DNA of 64,000 nucleotides from Promethearchaeota archaeon (GTDB lineage Archaea; Asgardarchaeota; Lokiarchaeia; Sigyniarchaeales; SOKP01): NCBI GenBank assembly GCA_030603385.1, contig JAUVXW010000007.1, positions 1 to 64,000 of the forward strand, read 5' to 3'. Shown piece by piece: positions 60,994 to 64,000 of this stretch (position 1 is its first letter; each line of letters starts with the position of its first letter). The notes under the pieces were generated by a model. It saw only the letters and a program-made list of their open reading frames with translations, ran no database searches and was not told where the DNA came from. The position numbers and the translations under genes were made by a program.

Positions 60994-61518
60994 ATGTGGA
61001 AAAGACTAACGAACCGAACGCATAAACAAGTTCTTCCATCGTATTATGAAAAAACACTAAATCAAAATACAAACATACATATACAATTTAATCCTTTGAA
61101 AAAACAAGAGATTCCAACTCCAATGGAAATAAATTATTATTATCCAATGGAAATAGATTATACTTATTATTTTTCACTTAGAACGGGGAAGAAAGAATGG
61201 ATTGATTATTTCGGTATTATAATGAGAAAAAATCAACAAATATATTCAAATATTGAGCAAATGTATTTAGAAGATCAGAATAAGTTAGATAGGATAGCAG
61301 AAAGCTTTGTTTCAGGTACTCTCCATGAAAAACTTTCTCAAATTTATAGTCCTTATTTAAAAAAATATGATAGTTTTCAAAAACAGTGGATTCCTGCACA
61401 AGTTTATTCTCGTGAAGAAGATGATATAACATATATCATTATTGGTAAATTTCATTCAACAGGACATGCAAAGTTGATCTTGAATAAAATGGAGGTATTT
61501 ATGGAAAATTTTCCATAA
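60994..61518 (+). CDS. Hypothetical protein
   Basis: 174-aa ORF. Confidence 0.55.
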   Translation: MWKRLTNRTHKQVLPSYYEKTLNQNTNIHIQFNPLKKQEIPTPMEINYYYPMEIDYTYYFSLRTGKKEWIDYFGIIMRKNQQIYSNIEQMYLEDQNKLDRIAESFVSGTLHEKLSQIYSPYLKKYDSFQKQWIPAQVYSREEDDITYIIIGKFHSTGHAKLILNKMEVFMENFP

Positions 61519-61700
61519 ATCTAGAAATTATTTTTATCTCTTTTTTATTAATTTATTATTTTATACGTTTTTATAAATTCATTTTAGCATTCTATTGCTA
61601 TCTATAATAAAGTATTAAAATTTTAGATCGTTATATTAAGAATATAATAGAATGAGTTAGTACCATATTTTTTCTTTTCCAGAATTGACCGAAATGCTCT

Positions 61701-61801
61701 GCAGACATTGCCTAGCCTGGTACGGCGCTGGCCTGGAACGGAAATATTCCAAGAAAGCCAGTGTGTGAATGCATTCGAGGGTTCGAATCCCTCTGTCTGC
61801 G
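61701..61801 (+). tRNA. tRNA-Ser(GGA) with ~17-nt intron at 37/38
   Basis: Acceptor GCAGACA/TGTCTGC + G; anticodon stem CTGGC/GCCAG with CT-GGA-A; intron CGGAAATATTCCAAGAA; long variable arm; T arm GAGGG-TTCGAAT-CCCTC. Confidence 0.88.
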
Positions 61802-61904
61802 TTTCTTCATTTTTATGACATACAAAACAATAAAGTTAAACTTTTTCGTAAATTAACTTCAATCAGTTTCGAATTTATTCTCTGAGTTTCATTTTAGAAA
61901 ATAA

Positions 61905-62507
61905 TTACACATCGGGAAATTCCAAGCCTTTAGATTTAGAAGCGCCCATCATTTGTCCCATTCCCCCCGATGCTTGAGTTTGAAGCTTAAGGATTCTTTG
62001 AACTAATGTATTTATTCCTAAAGAACATAAGAAATACCAAGCAGTAAAATTGATCCAAACCGGACCCGAACTTATGAAATTTCCTATAAGAGGTACATCA
62101 TTCGCATTCATAGGGCTTAGCGCTACATGAGCCCCTCGAAGAATAGTATTCACAACGCCGAAAATAATAATCATTGGAAGAAAAGTTACACAAGTTGGTT
62201 TTAATCGTTGGAGTGCCATTTTCTGTTGCGTTTGCTTTAACATTCCATCTTTCCGCTCCCATCTTTTCCGCTGTTTTCTATAACGTTCAGGATCAACTTC
62301 TGCCATTTCAATAATTTTTTCTTTCTCTTCTCCATGACCTTTAATTTGCCTTTGTTTGCGGGCAATCTCTTCTGTATCGACTAACCATTTTGTCAAACCT
62401 GCACTGATTAATGCCGTGGTTGTAGCTAGAATTAACACAAAAAGCATCGAGCCTGGCGGGTTAGAAATCCAATTTTTAAAGGCATTTTCAAAAATTAAAA
62501 ATATCAT
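61905..62507 (-). CDS. DUF106 / EMC3-TMCO1 (Oxa1 superfamily) membrane protein
   Basis: TM, coiled coil, LKPTCVTFLPMIIIF and WYFLCS motifs; downstream of secY. Confidence 0.88.
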   Translation of the reverse strand: MIFLIFENAFKNWISNPPGSMLFVLILATTTALISAGLTKWLVDTEEIARKQRQIKGHGEEKEKIIEMAEVDPERYRKQRKRWERKDGMLKQTQQKMALQRLKPTCVTFLPMIIIFGVVNTILRGAHVALSPMNANDVPLIGNFISSGPVWINFTAWYFLCSLGINTLVQRILKLQTQASGGMGQMMGASKSKGLEFPDV

Positions 62508-62817
62508 ATCTATAATTGAATTATACTGAAAACATTTTAAACTTTATAGATGGAATTTTTTTTGAATCTGAAGATATTAAATAGGTTTAATTATATAATG
62601 AGCAATAACTAGCTGAATACAAACTTAACTAGACTTACGATTCTACTGCAAAGTTAATTTGATTCACGTTAAGCATAGCACCGATAAAATTAATCGATAT
62701 ATTGCCGATTCGATAAGCGTATGAGTAGATAAATCTACGTTGTTTTTGGTTTAAAAATTATTGCTGGTTCTCATCTATTTACAGTATTTAAAAATAAAGA
62801 ATGAATAAATTAGTATT

Positions 62818-63627
62818 TTATTCTAAACCTACAACATTTAATGGAGCTCGAGGAGGAGTGCGAAAATATTTGACTGCAGGATAACCAATCGTCAATACTC
62901 CATGAATTTGACCTTCTAATCCAATAATTTTCATCATCTCTTTATTCATTCCTAGACCCTGAGCCATTCCTATCCAACAAGTTGCTAAACCAAGTGTATG
63001 TGCGGCAAGTTGGCCGTAAGTAAGCACTATTCCCGCATCAACTGGGGGCATCGAAGCATTTTTACTTGCAGTATGAAATATTAGTGCTGGAGCTTTATGA
63101 AAAATTGGATCTTTATCAGTTGAATTAAAATATTTCAGTGCTGCTTCTGCAGAGGGAAATCCTATATAAGGATATACTATTTTAATTGATTCTTGACTTA
63201 ATGTTTTAATTATTGAAGGATCTGATATAACTGAAAAATTCCATGCTCTACGATTATCTGCACTTGAAGCATAACGCATAGCTTCAAATACTTTTTTAAG
63301 TAACTCTTGGGGAACTTTTTTATTTTTATATTGGCGCACAGATCGTTTAGCTTTTAATAATTGCATTAATCTTTCATAAGATACATTTTGTTCATAATTT
63401 TCTACACCAGGATAAGATTCCACATCATCTTCCCAGTTTCCCTCCCACAATATAGCATTCTCTTTACAAATAGCAACACATTTTCCACAAAAATTACATC
63501 GCTTCATTTCATCAGCAAGACGAATTACTTTCCCAGAAGAATCTTCCTTAAAAAGATCTCTAGTGCAATCAGTTATGCATCTTTTACAAACAGAGCATTT
63601 TTCATAATTTATTCCAACTATAGACAT
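62818..63627 (-). CDS. Nitroreductase with N-terminal 4Fe-4S ferredoxin domain
   Basis: CSVCKRCITDC, CNFCGKCVAIC, KRSVRQY, AAHTLGLATCWIG, IGYP. Confidence 0.92.
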   Translation of the reverse strand: MSIVGINYEKCSVCKRCITDCTRDLFKEDSSGKVIRLADEMKRCNFCGKCVAICKENAILWEGNWEDDVESYPGVENYEQNVSYERLMQLLKAKRSVRQYKNKKVPQELLKKVFEAMRYASSADNRRAWNFSVISDPSIIKTLSQESIKIVYPYIGFPSAEAALKYFNSTDKDPIFHKAPALIFHTASKNASMPPVDAGIVLTYGQLAAHTLGLATCWIGMAQGLGMNKEMMKIIGLEGQIHGVLTIGYPAVKYFRTPPRAPLNVVGLE

Positions 63628-63908
63628 AAAAATTAAGACGGTTCTAAAGATTTAAACTTTTTCTTAAAGTTTTATAACATGTTTAGAACATAAGAGACAT
63701 TATTCTCTGTTACTACCTTCTTGATAAAATCGACTTTCGATCCCCATCTGATCAAGCATCTCTTTTTTTGGTTCAATACCCGTATCAACCCATTTTTTAA
63801 ATTCAGAAACAATTTTATCAAATTCTTCTTCAATTTTTTAAGTAGGTTAGTAAATGAAAAATCTGTGTTGTTTCGATATTCTTACAAATAATGTTGTAAA
63901 TTAACCAG

Positions 63909-64000
63909 TTAATCCATTCCGAGGAGCCCTCTCAGGCCAGGATACTGACTCGCAGCCATTTCCTTGGCGAGCGTCTCTCCGTACTGATGAATAATTCCAA
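63909..64000 (-). CDS. secY: 3' end of preprotein translocase SecY/Sec61alpha (partial)
   Basis: Minus-strand frame GIIHQYGETLAKEMAASQYPGLRGLLGMD* matches the archaeal SecY C-terminus; DUF106 lies downstream. Confidence 0.8.
   Translation of the reverse strand, partial: GIIHQYGETLAKEMAASQYPGLRGLLGMD

Noticed and set aside
63905-64000. GC-richer end segment that looked like a riboswitch or RNase P/SRP RNA
   Set aside because: Explained by the SecY C-terminal coding frame on the minus strand

Overview
AT-rich archaeal sequence that looks like an Asgard (Lokiarchaeia-like) chromosome. The evidence is Vps28-like, roadblock and Yip1-like genes, the SelB/tRNA-Sec/SepSecS selenocysteine machinery, and the archaeal L34e-cmk-L14e and SecY/DUF106 genes. 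The window has two parts. (1) About 1-39.7 kb is an accessory, probably integrated element whose left end lies outside the window. It holds a repeat-rich non-coding region, small RHH/HTH/Zn-finger genes, two tandem ParB/Srx-like genes, a PAPS-reductase-like gene, a compact tyrosine recombinase and a 27 kb gene for a ~9,100-aa protein. That protein has an N-terminal multi-pass membrane anchor, a long acidic sequon-rich body with DxDxDG loops, Gly/Ala-rich hydrophobic helices, and a basic C-terminal GIY-YIG-like nuclease plus HTH region. It is followed directly by a small LRR-containing gene. The best candidate for a new system is this pair, read as a giant membrane-anchored polymorphic toxin plus immunity protein on a mobile element (inference). 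(2) About 40-64 kb is host housekeeping DNA. It contains three tRNAs missing from the ORF track (Sec; an intron-laden Ile with a UAU anticodon; intron-containing Ser-GGA), an unannotated L34e gene that appears to start at ATT, and the 3' end of secY. All family assignments come from motif recognition by eye; no searches were run.
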